Source of the DNA: Thermanaeromonas toyohensis ToBE
GTDB lineage: Bacteria > Bacillota > DSM-521 > Neomoorellales > Neomoorellaceae
Length of the DNA: 24,000 nucleotides
Direction: 5' to 3'
Assembly: GCF_900176005.1 (NCBI RefSeq)
Contig: NZ_LT838272.1
Span: 677,587 to 701,586 of the forward strand
Positions within the stretch are counted from its first letter, which is position 1. Each line of letters begins with the position of its first letter. Positions 23,144 through 24,000 of the stretch are shown here, piece by piece. The notes beneath the pieces were generated by a model that saw only the letters and a program-made list of their open reading frames with translations, was not told the origin of the DNA and searched no databases. The translations under genes and the position numbers were made by a program.

Positions 23144-23487
23144 AGTCCTTTTTCGCCAAATCTATTTCGCTACCAGTAAAGGCCATCTTCGCTTCCTTTC
23201 CGCTTTTACTCCCCTTATGCTCTACTTATAGCGAAGAGCTTTTCGGAAATACTATAAAATTTGCGTTAAAACATGCTAACGAAGCTTGGTAAAAAGCCGG
23301 GTAGTAGCAGCCTGCTGGGACGTGCGGCTGTGGGAGGCCTTATGTGCTATGGAGTTTGAAGTGGTTTTCGGAAGCAAGGCCTTGATTAAAATGGCAGAAC
23401 GTTTTAGATACAGGAAGGGAGGAGAGTCGACATAAATGGCGAATTTAGTAGATTAATACCAGTTTTACCAAGGAGGAGAGAAGGGCT

Positions 23488-24000
23488 TTGCTTAAGATTC
23501 GACAGGGTAGCCGGGTCGCCCGTTTACCCTGGAGGCAGGGGGGGCTGGTTGTTTTTTGTTTATTGTTATGGTACATAGGCCTCGTAGGATTAGGAAACCA
23601 GCCCGCCCAAGCAGGTAACGAGGTTAAGGTTTATATAAACGGAAACTTGCTTACTCCAGCTGTGCCCCCTTATTTAGATGCTACTGGACGTACTATGATC
23701 CCTATCCGTGCTGTTATGGAATATATGGGTGCCCAGGTGGAGTGGAAAAACGAGGAGCAGAAGGTTATTATCCAGCGGTATGGTAATGTCCTGGAGTTGT
23801 GGATAGGTAAAAAGCAAGCGCGTTTAAATGGTAGACTCCTTGGGCTTGATACAGTACCTGTTTTAAAGCAGGATACTACTATGGTACCAGCACGGGTGGT
23901 GGCCGAGAGCTTTGGCGCTTTGGTAGAATGGGATGAGGCCTCCTTTAGTGTGTATATATGGCTACCGGAAAAGGTGGGCTTTGAGCAGGTCCGGGTTACA
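23488..24000 (+). CDS. Secreted copper-amine-oxidase N-terminal (stalk) domain protein, 5' part; runs off the window
   Basis: TTG 23488 lies 10 nt after AAGGAGGAG, and the frame stays open to nt 24000. The signal peptide is LVVFCLLLWYIGLVGLGNQPAQA. It is followed by VYINGNLLTPAVPPYLDATGRTMIPIRAVMEYMGAQVEW...LNGRLLGLDTVPVLKQDTTMVPARVVAESFGALVEWD, the Cu_amine_oxidN1 repeat signature. This ORF is absent from the ORF track because it has no stop. Confidence 0.75.
   Translation, partial: MLKIRQGSRVARLPWRQGGLVVFCLLLWYIGLVGLGNQPAQAGNEVKVYINGNLLTPAVPPYLDATGRTMIPIRAVMEYMGAQVEWKNEEQKVIIQRYGNVLELWIGKKQARLNGRLLGLDTVPVLKQDTTMVPARVVAESFGALVEWDEASFSVYIWLPEKVGFEQVRVT

Noticed and set aside
1-24000. Window-wide look for CRISPR repeats, tRNA/rRNA genes, IS elements, integrases, toxin-antitoxin pairs or defence-system genes.
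   Set aside because: None was found. Every large ORF has a housekeeping, redox, sporulation or metabolic assignment, and no direct repeats flank any block. I therefore do not claim a mobile or defence island here.

Overview
This 24-kb window (about 50% GC) looks like core chromosome of an endospore-forming, probably anaerobic or thermophilic Firmicute. That is an inference from gene content and the strong GGAGG/GGTGA-type ribosome-binding sites; no database search was possible, so all family calls rest on motifs I recognise in the translations.

I support 23 protein-coding genes, two of them truncated by the window edges.
- 2-3707 (+): a tightly overlapping four-gene redox operon of an NAD(P)H flavoprotein, a Tat-less molybdopterin oxidoreductase, a four-cluster ferredoxin and an Isf-like flavoprotein.
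- 3742-8033 (+): queG, then an Rrf2-family regulator, then cydA-cydB (cytochrome bd oxidase).
- 8106-8678 (+): a CotF-like spore coat gene.
- 8835-11997 (-): yhbH and prkA.
- 12159-17808 (+): a block of a small hypothetical gene, a cupin-type glucose-6-phosphate isomerase, a LarA-like (DUF2088) protein, an MFS transporter, a GarR-type reductase and a DUF1614-like membrane protein.
- 17972-22405 (+): spoVR, then paaK, an ACT-domain gene and hisC.
- 22488-24000 (+): a GerM-like lipoprotein and a truncated copper-amine-oxidase-N-domain protein.

I found no rRNA, tRNA, CRISPR array, transposase or integrase.

The observations most worth a second look:
- The same palindrome, AAAGTATAC-N7-GTATACTTT, sits on the Rrf2 gene's own promoter and just upstream of cydA. 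The Rrf2 protein carries a C-x6-C-x7-C-x2-H motif. Together these suggest an Fe-S sensor controlling cytochrome bd oxidase.
- Conserved N-terminal homology of queG and of the Rrf2 gene lies upstream of their first ATG/GTG/TTG. This points to ATA and ATC initiation codons, each behind a well-spaced Shine-Dalgarno sequence.
- The soluble molybdoenzyme module has no obvious substrate.
- The LarA homolog appears to have Ala in place of one catalytic His.
- Sequences resembling the 16S rRNA anti-Shine-Dalgarno tail pair with the ribosome-binding sites of gerM, spoVR and the cotF-like gene.

I did not find a clearly novel multi-gene system such as a defence island.
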